Positions 9,871-20,202 of a stretch of DNA of 64,000 bases are shown one piece after another. The stretch is from Bacilli bacterium (GTDB lineage Bacteria > Bacillota_I > Bacilli_A > ML615J-28 > CAG-698), in contig JBMNLY010000001.1 of assembly GCA_050953045.1 (NCBI GenBank), forward strand, positions 156,534 to 220,533, read 5' to 3'. The first letter of the stretch is position 1. Each line of letters opens with the position of its first letter. Below the pieces are notes generated by a model. That model did no database searches. It worked only from the letters and a program-made list of their open reading frames with translations, and was not told the origin of the DNA. A program made the translations under genes and the position numbers.

Positions 9871-10662
9871 ATGAAAAAAATACTTTTGGTCGGCAGTCTT
9901 TATCTTTTCATCTTTTTGGTAATTTATATTGTTGCGAAACCGCGACCGAGTAATCTTGAAATTGAGTTTGTTAATGAATTAGAAACTAAAGAACCGGAAA
10001 AGTTTAAAGCTTGTGTTCTTCGTAAAGATGGAAATTTAGTTCTTTTGGATCTTGAAAAGAAGAGTGATGAAAACATTTATCTTTATGCATTAAAAATCTA
10101 CGACCATTATCGCAACAGCTTACCCAATACTTATCAAACGCCTTTAAAAGGTAATTTTGAAATTAAAAAGTTAGAAAAAAAAGGAACGATATTGGAAATC
10201 GAGTTAGAATTTTTATATCTTGAAGAAAACTTTAAACTCTTTTTAACTGCGCTTATGTGGACGTATCAAAGTTTAGGAATCGAAAGTGTCACAATCAAAG
10301 CCGGAAGGGAAAACATTCATTTAAAAAAGAACGAAATCATCAATCCGGAAATTGAGGCTATCACCCCCGAAAATGCAATCGAACAAATTATCTATTTTCA
10401 CCAAGATGAAGAAATCTTACCGGTTACTTTCATCCATCAAGAAGATAGTACATATTTTGTAATAAAGAAAATCACCGAAAATTTTTCGGGAACAACTTTT
10501 ACTTACGAAACCCAAGCCGGAATATTTATTGTCTATTTAAGTGATCCCTATTATCAAATTACAAGAGCAACAATTGAAACTCTCGCTTATAATTTGACCA
10601 CTCTTTCTTTATATGAAGATATCGTGATTGTAAAAAATGGCCAATTAGTTTATAATAATTAA
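9871..10662 (+). CDS. membrane-anchored protein, GerM-like (two GerMN-type domains, tentative)
   Basis: N-terminal TM anchor LLVGSLYLFIFLVIYIV; domain pattern similar to GerMN; adjacent to rdgB as gerM is near ysnA/rph in B. subtilis. Confidence 0.35.
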   Translation: MKKILLVGSLYLFIFLVIYIVAKPRPSNLEIEFVNELETKEPEKFKACVLRKDGNLVLLDLEKKSDENIYLYALKIYDHYRNSLPNTYQTPLKGNFEIKKLEKKGTILEIELEFLYLEENFKLFLTALMWTYQSLGIESVTIKAGRENIHLKKNEIINPEIEAITPENAIEQIIYFHQDEEILPVTFIHQEDSTYFVIKKITENFSGTTFTYETQAGIFIVYLSDPYYQITRATIETLAYNLTTLSLYEDIVIVKNGQLVYNN

Positions 10663-10727
10663 TGTAATAATTATTGCAAAAAAACGCAACTTGTAATATT
10701 ATATGTATTAGTAGAGGTTTTTAGCTT

Positions 10728-11315
10728 ATGGAACTCATTTTCGCATCCCATAATCCGCATAAACTTTCGGAAGTTCGGGCAATCCTCTCCGACCTTCCGG
10801 TTGTAGTAACCGACCTTAAAGAAATCGGTGCTGATTCTGAGGTTGAAGAAACCGGTACTACCTTTCGTGAAAACGCTCGAATCAAAGCCGAGTTTTTCTA
10901 CAAAAAATTCAAAAAACCAGTGTTTGCGGATGATTCGGGTTTGATCGTTACTGCCTTAGGGGGCGAACCGGGAGTTCATTCTGCACGTTATGCGGGCGAA
11001 CACGGAAACCACTACAAAAACAATCTTTATCTCTTAGAAAAAATGCAAGGGATCACAGAACGCGATGCATACTTTTTGACCGTAATCTGTTTCTTTGATA
11101 ATACTGGACAAGCTCATTTTTTCGAAGGCAGGCTTAATGGCGAAATTGCTTATGAATTAAAAGGAAGCGGTGGTTTTGGTTATGACCCCGTCTTTTATCT
11201 GCCGGAGTACAACAGTACGCTTGCGGAAATGGGAGTTTTGAAGAAAAACCAACTCTCGCACCGCTATTTGGCTTTAAAAGAATTTGCTAAATATTTAAAG
11301 AAAGAAGTTGGATGA
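10728..11315 (+). CDS. rdgB: non-canonical purine NTP pyrophosphatase (RdgB/HAM1 family)
   Basis: FASHNPHKL...FADDSGL...GGEPGVHSARYAG...FGYDP motifs. Confidence 0.9.
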   Translation: MELIFASHNPHKLSEVRAILSDLPVVVTDLKEIGADSEVEETGTTFRENARIKAEFFYKKFKKPVFADDSGLIVTALGGEPGVHSARYAGEHGNHYKNNLYLLEKMQGITERDAYFLTVICFFDNTGQAHFFEGRLNGEIAYELKGSGGFGYDPVFYLPEYNSTLAEMGVLKKNQLSHRYLALKEFAKYLKKEVG

Positions 11316-12176
11316 ATGGAAAAGGTAGTTGTAAATGATCTTATCAGAATAATGAAGACTGAAAATGTTAAAGTCATTGAAAGACTGATGGGTGGTATGA
11401 GTAATTATACTTATGCCGTTTCCGTAAACGGGAAGAAGTATACTTACCGTATTCCCGGTGAAAATTCAGACTTCTTTGTTGATCGGCTTGAAGAAAGAGA
11501 AAATATTCGTAAAGTTGAAACTTTAGGAATTACCAATAAAACCATTTATTTTAATTTAAAAGACGGATGTAAGCTTGCGGAGTATGTTGAAGGAAACCCG
11601 CTTTCTACGCTTTCAGAATATCCTTACGAGAAAGTAGTAGAAATCTTAAAAATAATCCATAACTCCGGCCTTAAGGCTGCAAACGATTATCAACCTTTCC
11701 AAAGGCTTAAGAATTATGAATTGATTTTAAAAGAACTGGGTTTTGTTCATTCCTTTCATTATTTAAAACTGAGAGCCAGTTTCAATAATTTTAAAACTTA
11801 TTTGGAAGGTCAAGAAAAGGTTTTTACGCATGGTGATGCCCAACCTTCAAATTTTGTTTATGACGGCAAAAATTTAATTGTTGTCGATTTTGAATTTACC
11901 GGAAATAATGATCCGATTTACGATATAGCTTGCTTTGCTAACATTCGTTATGAAGAAGGCTTAAAGTTATTACAAGTCTATTATGAAAACCCTTCGGACG
12001 ATGAAATGAAAAGATTCAATCTTTGGCGTTGTTTCCAATGTTTACAATGGTATAACGTTGCAATGATTAAAGAGAAGAAGGGAATGAGCAAGAGTTTGAA
12101 AATTGATTTCGCAAAAGTTGCAGAAAATTACTTAGAACTTGCAGAAATGCTCTTAAACAAAGTTTTAGATTCCTAG
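11316..12176 (+). CDS. phosphotransferase family kinase (APH/choline-ethanolamine kinase-like)
   Basis: Brenner motif HGDAQPSNFVY and VVDFEF (DFE) catalytic loop; ATG overlaps rdgB stop (TGAATGG). Confidence 0.7.
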   Translation: MEKVVVNDLIRIMKTENVKVIERLMGGMSNYTYAVSVNGKKYTYRIPGENSDFFVDRLEERENIRKVETLGITNKTIYFNLKDGCKLAEYVEGNPLSTLSEYPYEKVVEILKIIHNSGLKAANDYQPFQRLKNYELILKELGFVHSFHYLKLRASFNNFKTYLEGQEKVFTHGDAQPSNFVYDGKNLIVVDFEFTGNNDPIYDIACFANIRYEEGLKLLQVYYENPSDDEMKRFNLWRCFQCLQWYNVAMIKEKKGMSKSLKIDFAKVAENYLELAEMLLNKVLDS

Positions 12177-12211
12177 CAATCCATCCTCTATATTTTCATA
12201 CAGTATCGTAG

Positions 12212-12256
12212 GCAGCCCTTTATTGTTCTTTTTAGAGCGACAAAGGGCTGCTTTTA
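12212..12256 (+). terminator. terminator-like inverted repeat downstream of kinase gene
   Basis: GCAGCCCTTT...AAAGGGCTGC + TTTT. Confidence 0.45.
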
Positions 12257-12341
12257 ATATACAGTTTTTAATATAAATTACTCACAATTATAAATAAAAT
12301 ATGGGACTTAGGAGCAGGTGTGCTTTTTACTTTTTAAAAAA

Positions 12342-14014
12342 GGTAGTGTAAAGTTTTAGTGGGTAAATATAGATATATTAGTTATATAGCTATATTTAAG
12401 CATTTTGAAAACTGAAGAAATTTTCTAACTATAAAGCCACTTTGGTGACACAAGATTATGAATGTAGTTTTTCATATTTGTGTTATTAGATTCCATTATT
12501 GCTAACTCAATATTGTAATCATAAAACTTCTTATACATCTTATTTGCTGCTAAACTTCTGACATTCTTTTGTTCTTGAATTGGTTTCTTCCATTCAAGGA
12601 TATCTTGAATTGTTAATTCGTAAAGATTAGCATTCATTACTATTAGTTGAATTAGGTTTTCTAAAACAGTTCTTTTAAAACCTTTTGGTCTAGATGTTAA
12701 TCTAGATGCAAGTACATGTGATATATGTCCTTCCATACTACATGAGGTTTTATATTCAGGATGTAGTTGGTTTTTAATGTATATCCAGTTGTTGCAGATG
12801 TAGCGCACATGGGAGTTAAAGGCATCAATGTTTAGTTTGTGATCCGGATTATTTTCATAGAAGTACATTGCTATTAATTTAAACTGATTTTTATCTAATG
12901 TTTTTAAATTACTAAAGAAAAAATTAATCATTTCTTTATTTCCAGAAAAGATAGAATTTAATCTTTTCCTTAAGTGAAACTTATCTAGAACTTGAATAAT
13001 CTGAATTTTATATCCACTAAAACAGTATCTTAGTTTTGAGGTGAAACTGTTAATCCATTTAGCGCCATCACCACTAACAAATATATATTGGATATCTTCT
13101 ACATTAAACCTCTTAGGGATATAATCGAAGATTCTATCAGCAAAAATGCTTGTGTCAACGTTTAAACCCCCAAAATAGTGCTTATTTTCGAGTTCTTTTC
13201 GTTTTGAAGCTAATGTACTAGGAGAATGTCCTGTATGAAGTAAAGCTAGATTGGCGATTATGTTTTTGCTTGGTTTACTTTTAACTTCTTTTTCTTGCAA
13301 ATTGCAATGAGCTTCATCAAGTTCAATGTAAATTGTTTCTTTTGACTCATTAAATTTTTCAATGATTTCATCCATTCTAGGAAGATCATTTTCAACTATT
13401 GTATAGTTTTCTAAGATATTAGAAACAGTTTGACGAGAAACCTCTGTATCGGTTAATGCTTTTCTAGCAGCATAGGAAGCATTAACTTCAGTAGCCATTT
13501 TGGTTAACTCAACAATTGCATCCATTGAAAGTCTTGAATATTTGATTATCCCTAAGAAACTATCTACGAAGAAGAAGTTTTCAATATCTTGTGATTTATT
13601 AAGTGCAACATAATAACGTCTTTTAAAAGTAATAACACCAATAGATGTAATAAGAGTACGTTCTTTAAAACCGTGATTTCTATGAGTAGCTTTCCAAAGT
13701 TTGCTTTTAAAATATCTGTTATCAATTGTTTCTAGACATTCAATAATAGCTTGTCTAGTAAGTTCTTTAGAATATTCTTTAAATCTAAAAACAACATCAC
13801 TAAAAGAATAATTTTTAGGATTGCTCTTTAAAACTGGATTAGAATTTGATATAATATTCATGGGTGGGTCTCCTCTCTATGTTTGGTTTTGTCACTTAAA
13901 TTATAGCGAAGACTCACCTCATTGTAAAGATGAATATTATTAACTAATACAGTTATGGTGATTTTCACCATATTTTTTATTTTTTTGATTTACCCACAAC
14001 AAGTTGACACTATC
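12342..14014 (-). mobile_element. ISLre2-family (UPF0236) insertion sequence, complete copy with imperfect terminal inverted repeats and probable 8-9 bp TSD
   Basis: left end GGTAGTGTAAAGTTTTAGTGGGTAAAT vs rc of right end GATAGTGTCAACTTGTTGTGGGTAAAT; flanks TTTTTAAAAAA | IS | TTTAAAAAAAAAA. Confidence 0.75.
12425..13861 (-). CDS. ISLre2-family transposase (UPF0236), 478 aa
   Basis: size, motif GDGAKWI and overall similarity pattern to ISLre2/UPF0236 transposases of clostridia; second identical 5' part at window start. Confidence 0.7.
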   Translation of the reverse strand: MNIISNSNPVLKSNPKNYSFSDVVFRFKEYSKELTRQAIIECLETIDNRYFKSKLWKATHRNHGFKERTLITSIGVITFKRRYYVALNKSQDIENFFFVDSFLGIIKYSRLSMDAIVELTKMATEVNASYAARKALTDTEVSRQTVSNILENYTIVENDLPRMDEIIEKFNESKETIYIELDEAHCNLQEKEVKSKPSKNIIANLALLHTGHSPSTLASKRKELENKHYFGGLNVDTSIFADRIFDYIPKRFNVEDIQYIFVSGDGAKWINSFTSKLRYCFSGYKIQIIQVLDKFHLRKRLNSIFSGNKEMINFFFSNLKTLDKNQFKLIAMYFYENNPDHKLNIDAFNSHVRYICNNWIYIKNQLHPEYKTSCSMEGHISHVLASRLTSRPKGFKRTVLENLIQLIVMNANLYELTIQDILEWKKPIQEQKNVRSLAANKMYKKFYDYNIELAIMESNNTNMKNYIHNLVSPKWLYS

Positions 14015-14106
14015 TTTAAAAAAAAAAGACTAGACAAGGCTAGTCTGCTATGTTATAATAAACTCAGAAAAACAAACAAAGTACGCATATTCGAACGAGG
14101 TAAGAA

Positions 14107-14883
14107 ATGGCTCCAAACAAATCTGTTGAAAAAAGTTTAAAAATTTTAGAATTAATTTCAAAATACCCTGAAGGAATTACACTTGCCGATATTTACAAAA
14201 CTTTAAAATTACCGAAAGCAAGTGTTTTTGATATTCTTCAAGCCTTATATAAGGAAGATGCAATTTATTATAAAGATCCGAATTTGAAAACTTATGTAAT
14301 TGGTTCGAAAATCTTTTCCATCGGTCAAGCTTATACAAAAAACTCTAACTTTATTAACTTTGCAAGCCAAGGTTTGAAAGATTTCGCCAACAAATATGAA
14401 ATGACTGCCTTTGCTGCCAAACGATTGGGCGACAAAGTTATTTATATATATAAATATGAATCCCCAAAAACCAAGATTATTACAAATGACGTCGGAATCC
14501 AAATGCCCTTGCATCAAAATCCTGCCGGCATTGCTTTTCTCAGTTTTCTACATGAAGAAAAACGAAATTCTTTGCTTTCGGAAATTAAAGAAAAAGAATA
14601 TAAAAATTTAGACACATTAGAATTCAAAAAGTTGCTTGCAGATATCGAACGCTATCGCGAGTTGGGCTATGTCTTTGATGACGGCGAAACTGAAGGATAT
14701 ATCCGTTATCTTGCTGCTCCCGTATATAACTTTGAAAATAAAGCGACGGGAGTAATTTGTGTCTGCGGACTAATCAACGGCTTCGATGAAGAACAAATCC
14801 AAATTCAAATTAATGAGTTTTTAGAAATCGCAGATTATATTTCGGAAAGACAAGGTTTTAAGAAACCGAAAAAATATATTTAA
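14107..14883 (+). CDS. IclR-family transcriptional regulator (KdgR-like)
   Basis: N-terminal HTH SLKILELISKYPEGITLADIYKTLKLPKASVFDILQAL; heads pectin/hexuronate gene cluster. Confidence 0.8.
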   Translation: MAPNKSVEKSLKILELISKYPEGITLADIYKTLKLPKASVFDILQALYKEDAIYYKDPNLKTYVIGSKIFSIGQAYTKNSNFINFASQGLKDFANKYEMTAFAAKRLGDKVIYIYKYESPKTKIITNDVGIQMPLHQNPAGIAFLSFLHEEKRNSLLSEIKEKEYKNLDTLEFKKLLADIERYRELGYVFDDGETEGYIRYLAAPVYNFENKATGVICVCGLINGFDEEQIQIQINEFLEIADYISERQGFKKPKKYI

Positions 14884-14931
14884 GCAGGAAGGATCAGATT
14901 ATCCGACTCTTCCAAAACAGAGGAGAAAAGT

Positions 14932-16323
14932 ATGAAGAAGTTTAACGATGAAAATTTTCAACTTTATACAAAAACAGCCCAAGAACTTTATTTTAAATAC
15001 GCCAAGGATTTGCCGATAATTGATTATCACTGTCATTTAAATCCCCGAGAAATTTATGAGGATATAAAATTTCAAGATCTCACCGAAGTGTGGTTAAAAG
15101 GCGATCATTATAAATGGCGAGCCCTCCGAACTTATGGAATTGAAGAAAAATACATCACTGGTTCCGCTACCAATGAAGAAAAGTTTCAAGCTTGGGCGGA
15201 AGTGGTTCCTTATACAATCGGAAATCCGCTATACCATTGGACCCATATGGAATTAAAAACCTTCTTTGGTATCGAAGAAGTTCTTAATCCTAAAACTGCC
15301 AAAGATATTTATCAAAAAGCAAACAAAGCCTTAGAAACCCTAACCGCTCGGAAGATGATTGAGCGCTGTAATGTTGAAGTAATTTGTACGACCGATGATC
15401 CGACGGATTCCCTTGAATTTCATCAAGCCCTCCAACAAAACAAAGATTTTAAAGTAAAGGTTTATCCGGCTTTTCGTCCCGATAAAGCCTTAAATATCGA
15501 ACTTCCTTGGTTTATCTCTTGGACTGAAGACTTAAGCAAGGTTGTCGGTTATCCGATTCGGGAATTAAACGACCTCTTAAAAGCATTGGCTGAGAGAATT
15601 GAATATTTCGATCAGTTTGGGTGTAAAATATCCGATCATGCTTTAGATGTGGTACTCTATGCAAAGACCTCATATGCAGAAGCGGCTTTAATCTTTGAAA
15701 AAGCGCTGAATAAAGAAAATTTAACCGATGAAGAAATTTCAAAATACAAAACTTATCTTTTAAAATATCTCGGTAAAAAATATCACGAAAAAGATTGGGT
15801 TCAACAATATCATATCGGGGCCTTAAGAGATGTTAATACAAAAATGTTAAACAGGCTCGGACCTAACACTGGCTATGATGCGATTGACGATCGGTATTTC
15901 GCAGCAAATCTTGCAAGATTACTTGATGCTCTTGCGGAAGAAGACTCGCTTCCGAAAACTATAGTCTATACCTTAAACCCTGCTGCCGATGATGTTGTTG
16001 CAGCTATAGTAAATTCTTTCCAAGAAAAAATTCCTGGTAAGATGCAATTCGGATCAGCTTGGTGGTTTAATGACCATGCTTTGGGAATGTTGAAGCAGAT
16101 GACGGCCTTAAGCAGCATTGGCTTAATCAGCCAATTTGTCGGTATGTTAACCGACTCCAGAAGCTTCCTTTCCTATCCCCGCCATGATTATTTCCGAAGA
16201 ATCCTATGCAATTATTTCGGTGATTTAATCGAAAACGGCGAGTATCCAGCCGATTTTGAATTTGTCGGTAAGGTTATTCAAGATATTTGTTATTATAATG
16301 CGAAAAGATATTTTAACCTCTAA
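14932..16323 (+). CDS. uxaC: glucuronate (uronate) isomerase
   Basis: N-term ...DLPIIDYHCHL... hallmark of UxaC; 463 aa. Confidence 0.9.
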   Translation: MKKFNDENFQLYTKTAQELYFKYAKDLPIIDYHCHLNPREIYEDIKFQDLTEVWLKGDHYKWRALRTYGIEEKYITGSATNEEKFQAWAEVVPYTIGNPLYHWTHMELKTFFGIEEVLNPKTAKDIYQKANKALETLTARKMIERCNVEVICTTDDPTDSLEFHQALQQNKDFKVKVYPAFRPDKALNIELPWFISWTEDLSKVVGYPIRELNDLLKALAERIEYFDQFGCKISDHALDVVLYAKTSYAEAALIFEKALNKENLTDEEISKYKTYLLKYLGKKYHEKDWVQQYHIGALRDVNTKMLNRLGPNTGYDAIDDRYFAANLARLLDALAEEDSLPKTIVYTLNPAADDVVAAIVNSFQEKIPGKMQFGSAWWFNDHALGMLKQMTALSSIGLISQFVGMLTDSRSFLSYPRHDYFRRILCNYFGDLIENGEYPADFEFVGKVIQDICYYNAKRYFNL

Positions 16324-16330
16324 AAAATTT

Positions 16331-16360
16331 GAGAGGGTAGCTCTCTACCCTCTTTATTTT
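16331..16360. terminator. bidirectional terminator between uxaC and pectinesterase
   Basis: AGAGGGTAGCTCTCTACCCTCT hairpin flanked by A-run/T-run. Confidence 0.55.
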
Positions 16361-17268
16361 AATATATTTTCAACTGTATATTTTTCTTTTTCTTCATCTG
16401 AAAGCGTTTTAAGGAAATCCACCCGTTTATATTCAAAATCGCCTTTGTAACGGCAATCAGTTTCATAGAAGCGGCAGGTTTTTTCTCTACCTTCCACCCA
16501 GTTGTGGAAACCTTCTTTTTTAATGTGTTTTTCATAAACGCAATCAATGAATACCGCTTTTCCGTTATTACGCCAAGGGCGAGCAAGATAAGTGTTATTT
16601 TCGCCTGCTCCTGTAAAGGTGCAATTTAAGAATGTGAAACCGTATTCCTGGTTTTCTGGTGTCGACGGTGCCGCCACATAGCCTGAGCTCAAAGAAATAA
16701 TCTGGCAATTTGTGAAGACAGCGTTTGCGGAGCCGAAGATAAAGTCGACATCGCCGATGATAGTTGAAGATTTAATTAAAACGCGTGCATTTTCGATTGT
16801 AATTAATTCATCAGCAGGTAAGAAATTTTCATATCTTACAGTTAAATCTTCCGGTAAGGGTCCTAAGAAAATTGTGTCCTGATACGATTTGATTAAGCAA
16901 TTGTTAATTTTTATCTTATCTCCCAATGTGTGTAAGGCGACCGCTTGACCATAGATAGCTCCGGGACCGCTTCCGTTTTCAATCGTTATATTTTTCAGTT
17001 CGATATTATCGGCCGCGAGCATTAAAGTATAGGTTCGAAAAGTATTGTATTCCAATCCGTCCTTATGGATTTTCTTTGCATAATCATTATTGGTTATGAT
17101 TGTTTTTTTCGGATTGAAACCATAGATTTTTAAGTTAGGTTTTTTGATTTTGAGTTTTTCTTCATATCGGCCCGGAAAAACTATAATCGTTCCTCCGGCC
17201 TCTACTAAATTTACAGCCTTACCTATACTATCAATGTTTGTGCCTTTTTTAACTACTATAGTTTTCAT
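16354..17268 (-). CDS. pectinesterase (pectin methylesterase, CE8)
   Basis: GQAVAL, QDTIFLG, DFIFG, LARPW motifs. Confidence 0.85.
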   Translation of the reverse strand: MKTIVVKKGTNIDSIGKAVNLVEAGGTIIVFPGRYEEKLKIKKPNLKIYGFNPKKTIITNNDYAKKIHKDGLEYNTFRTYTLMLAADNIELKNITIENGSGPGAIYGQAVALHTLGDKIKINNCLIKSYQDTIFLGPLPEDLTVRYENFLPADELITIENARVLIKSSTIIGDVDFIFGSANAVFTNCQIISLSSGYVAAPSTPENQEYGFTFLNCTFTGAGENNTYLARPWRNNGKAVFIDCVYEKHIKKEGFHNWVEGREKTCRFYETDCRYKGDFEYKRVDFLKTLSDEEKEKYTVENILK

Positions 17269-17394
17269 CCTCTCACCTCACAATATTATAACACAAAAAT
17301 AAAATTCCTTCAAAGGTCTTTTAAAGGTCTTAAAATTTGAGATTTTTAAAATAATTTTGAAACAAAATAACTTAACTAAGAAGAGGTTGATTCA

Positions 17395-18942
17395 ATGAAA
17401 TTAAAAATTCTTTTCCTTTCTGCTTTTAATATTACCATCGAAATCGAAAACAACACTCCTTTTTATACAAAAGAAACATACGAAGTTTTCTTAAATGGTG
17501 AGGTTTTAATTGCAGGCGGAAACAAAAATGTTTTTTCCCTTGCGGAATTAAAACCTAATAAAAACTATCATTTGCTTTTAAAAACGGATAATCAAGAAGC
17601 CGAGCTTTCTTTTCAAACTCCGGAAGTTAAATATTTATTAAGCGTCAAGGCTTTTAAAGCGAAAGGAGACGGCATAACCGACGATACGCTTTCTATTCAG
17701 GCAGCGATTGCTGCTTGTCCCAAAGACGGCATCATTTATGTTCCGGAAGGTAAATATCTTGTCAAGAGTTTGTTTTTAAAATCAAACCTCAAGATTTATC
17801 TTTCCAAAGATGCAAAACTTATCGGCTCAATTAACCGGGATGATTATGCGATTTTACCCGGGGTAATAAAAAGCCGGGATGATGAACTGGTTCTTGGTTC
17901 CTGGGAAGGCAATCCTTTAGATATTTACACCAGTTTGATTACCGGTATCAACGTGGAAAATGTCATGATTTTTGGAGAAGGAGAAATTGACTGTTCCGGT
18001 AATTTAGGGCCTTGGTGGCTTGAACCGAAGAAAAAATTCGGAGCCTACAGACCACGGGGAATTTTCTTGAATGCTTGTAAACGGGTTTTGGTTCAAGGAA
18101 TAAGTTTAAGAAATAGTCCCAGTTGGTCAATTCATCCTTTCTATTCCGATGATTTAAGTTTCTATGATCTAAAAATATTAAATCCGGAAGATGCCGCCAA
18201 TACTGACGGCCTTAATCCCGAGTCTTGTCGGAATGTTGAAATAATCGGTGTTCATTTTTCCGTCGGTGATGATTGCATTGCGATTAAATCTGGGAAGATT
18301 TACATGGCTAAAAAGCATTATCGACCCACTTCAAACCTGGTAATCCGGAATTGTTTAATGGAGAAAGGGCATGGTGCGGTTGTCTTTGGAAGCGAAATCA
18401 GCGGCGGAGCCGAGAATGTAACTGTGTCTAAGTGTGCTTTTATTGAAACCGACCGCGGACTTAGAATTAAAACTCGCCGTGGTCGCGGCAATAAGGAAAT
18501 TAATAATGTTAAGTTTGATAATATTTACATGCGGGGCGTAAAAAATGCTTTTGTAATCAATATGTTTTATTTCTGTGATCCCGATGGTAAAACCGAATAT
18601 GTTTATTCAAAAAAACCTTTGCCGGTTGATGAAAGAACACCTGCGCTCGGGAGTTTCCATTTTAGAAATATAGTTGCGGAAGAGACGAAGATTTCGGCCG
18701 GATTCTTTTATGGTTTACCGGAATCAGCAATTGCTGAGGTTGTCTTAGAAGACATTAAGATGAGTTTCTCAGAAGAAGCAGAATCAGGCAAACCGGCAAT
18801 GATGAGTTTTATTGAAGATTATTCGAAACTAGGATTTTATTTCAATAATGTTCAAAAGGTTAGAGTCAAAAATGTTACAATTACAGGTCAAAATGGTGAG
18901 AAATTCTGTTTTGAAAATGTAACTGAAATAATAAAAGAATAA
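17395..18942 (+). CDS. glycoside hydrolase family 28 (polygalacturonase/exo-polygalacturonosidase) with N-terminal beta-sandwich domain
   Basis: NTDGLNPE, GDDCIAIKSG, GHG, RIKT motifs. Confidence 0.85.
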   Translation: MKLKILFLSAFNITIEIENNTPFYTKETYEVFLNGEVLIAGGNKNVFSLAELKPNKNYHLLLKTDNQEAELSFQTPEVKYLLSVKAFKAKGDGITDDTLSIQAAIAACPKDGIIYVPEGKYLVKSLFLKSNLKIYLSKDAKLIGSINRDDYAILPGVIKSRDDELVLGSWEGNPLDIYTSLITGINVENVMIFGEGEIDCSGNLGPWWLEPKKKFGAYRPRGIFLNACKRVLVQGISLRNSPSWSIHPFYSDDLSFYDLKILNPEDAANTDGLNPESCRNVEIIGVHFSVGDDCIAIKSGKIYMAKKHYRPTSNLVIRNCLMEKGHGAVVFGSEISGGAENVTVSKCAFIETDRGLRIKTRRGRGNKEINNVKFDNIYMRGVKNAFVINMFYFCDPDGKTEYVYSKKPLPVDERTPALGSFHFRNIVAEETKISAGFFYGLPESAIAEVVLEDIKMSFSEEAESGKPAMMSFIEDYSKLGFYFNNVQKVRVKNVTITGQNGEKFCFENVTEIIKE

Positions 18943-18956
18943 TATGGAGGTATAGT

Positions 18957-19757
18957 ATGGTATTAGAAAACTTTAGACTTGATAATAAAATTGCTTTGAT
19001 AACCGGAGCTTCTTATGGCATCGGTTTCGCGATTGCAAAAGGTTTATCTGAAGCCGGAGCAAAAATTGCTTTTAATGACATTAATCAAGATCTTGTTGAC
19101 AAGGGTTTAAAAGCTTATAAAGAAGCGGGAATTTCCGTGAAAGGTTATGTTTGCGATATCACTGATGAAAAACAAGTTCAAGAACTTATAAAGAAAATCG
19201 AAGCTGACCTAGGCACGATCGACATTTTGGTAAATAATGCAGGTATTATTAAAAGAATCCCGATGATCGAAATGAGTGCCGAGGATTTTAGGAAAGTAAT
19301 CGATATTGATTTGACCGGCCAGTTTATTTGTGCGAAAGCTGTTATTCCGGGAATGATAAAAAAAGGCGGCGGTAAAATCATTAATATTTGTTCGATGATG
19401 AGCGAACTGGGTCGGGAAACTGTCTCCGCTTATGCCTCTGCCAAAGGTGGCTTGAAGATGTTAACTAGAAATATTGCCTCCGAATATGGCGAATATAATA
19501 TTCAATGCAACGGGCTTGGACCCGGATATATTGCGACTCCGCAAACAGCGCCTTTACGGGAAAGGCAAGCTGACGGAAGTCGCCATCCCTTTGATGCTTT
19601 TATAATTGCCAAAACACCTGCAGGCAGATGGGGAACTCCGGAAGACTTGACCGGACCCGCGGTTTTCCTTGCTTCTGAAGCTTCTAATTTTGTAAACGGT
19701 CATATTCTTTATGTTGACGGCGGTATTTTAGCCTATATCGGTAAACAACCATCATAA
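18957..19757 (+). CDS. kduD: SDR oxidoreductase, KduD/gluconate 5-dehydrogenase family
   Basis: TGASYGIGFAIA...NNAGI...YASAKGG motifs; pectin context. Confidence 0.7.
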   Translation: MVLENFRLDNKIALITGASYGIGFAIAKGLSEAGAKIAFNDINQDLVDKGLKAYKEAGISVKGYVCDITDEKQVQELIKKIEADLGTIDILVNNAGIIKRIPMIEMSAEDFRKVIDIDLTGQFICAKAVIPGMIKKGGGKIINICSMMSELGRETVSAYASAKGGLKMLTRNIASEYGEYNIQCNGLGPGYIATPQTAPLRERQADGSRHPFDAFIIAKTPAGRWGTPEDLTGPAVFLASEASNFVNGHILYVDGGILAYIGKQPS

Positions 19758-19762
19758 AAAGT

Positions 19763-19795
19763 AAAGGGGTCTTTAGATAACTAAAGCCCCTTTTA
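19763..19795. terminator. bidirectional terminator
   Basis: AAGGGGTCTTTAGATAACTAAAGCCCCTTTT. Confidence 0.55.
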
Positions 19796-19796
19796 A

Positions 19797-20030
19797 TTAA
19801 CATCGTCTACGATTGTCACTTAAGAAGATAACAAAGGCAGCAACAACAGCAATGATGACGAAGAGGACAAAGATGACAACTAAAGCGATAACAAAGATGC
19901 TACCAGCGCCTAAGCCTAGGCTAAAAGGAATCAACAGCGAGAGCCCAATAACTCCACTTAAAAGTAAAAATCCGAAGAAAAGAATTGCTGATCTGATAGT
20001 TTCACCCCCTTTCATCCTGTTTGCATTCAA
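19797..20030 (-). CDS. small hydrophobic membrane protein (hypothetical)
   Basis: 77-aa ORF, two predicted TM helices, abuts terminator; no recognisable family. Confidence 0.25.
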   Translation of the reverse strand: MNANRMKGGETIRSAILFFGFLLLSGVIGLSLLIPFSLGLGAGSIFVIALVVIFVLFVIIAVVAAFVIFLSDNRRRC

Positions 20031-20202
20031 ACACCAGGGGTATTATTAATATATTCTTTAAAGGAAATAATGAAGTGGTATTCGTACAATAATTAAAAAT
20101 TGCACCTAATATATATCAAAATTGTAAAATGACTTATATTTACCCAAAAAGAAAAACCCAGTGCTTAAACCGGGTTTAGTTAGTTTTGTTGTTATAAATT
20201 AT

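Noticed and set aside
13955-14140. 61-aa ORF spanning the ISLre2 right end into the IclR gene start
   Set aside because: Crosses the IS boundary, no RBS, overlaps the real IclR start; spurious.
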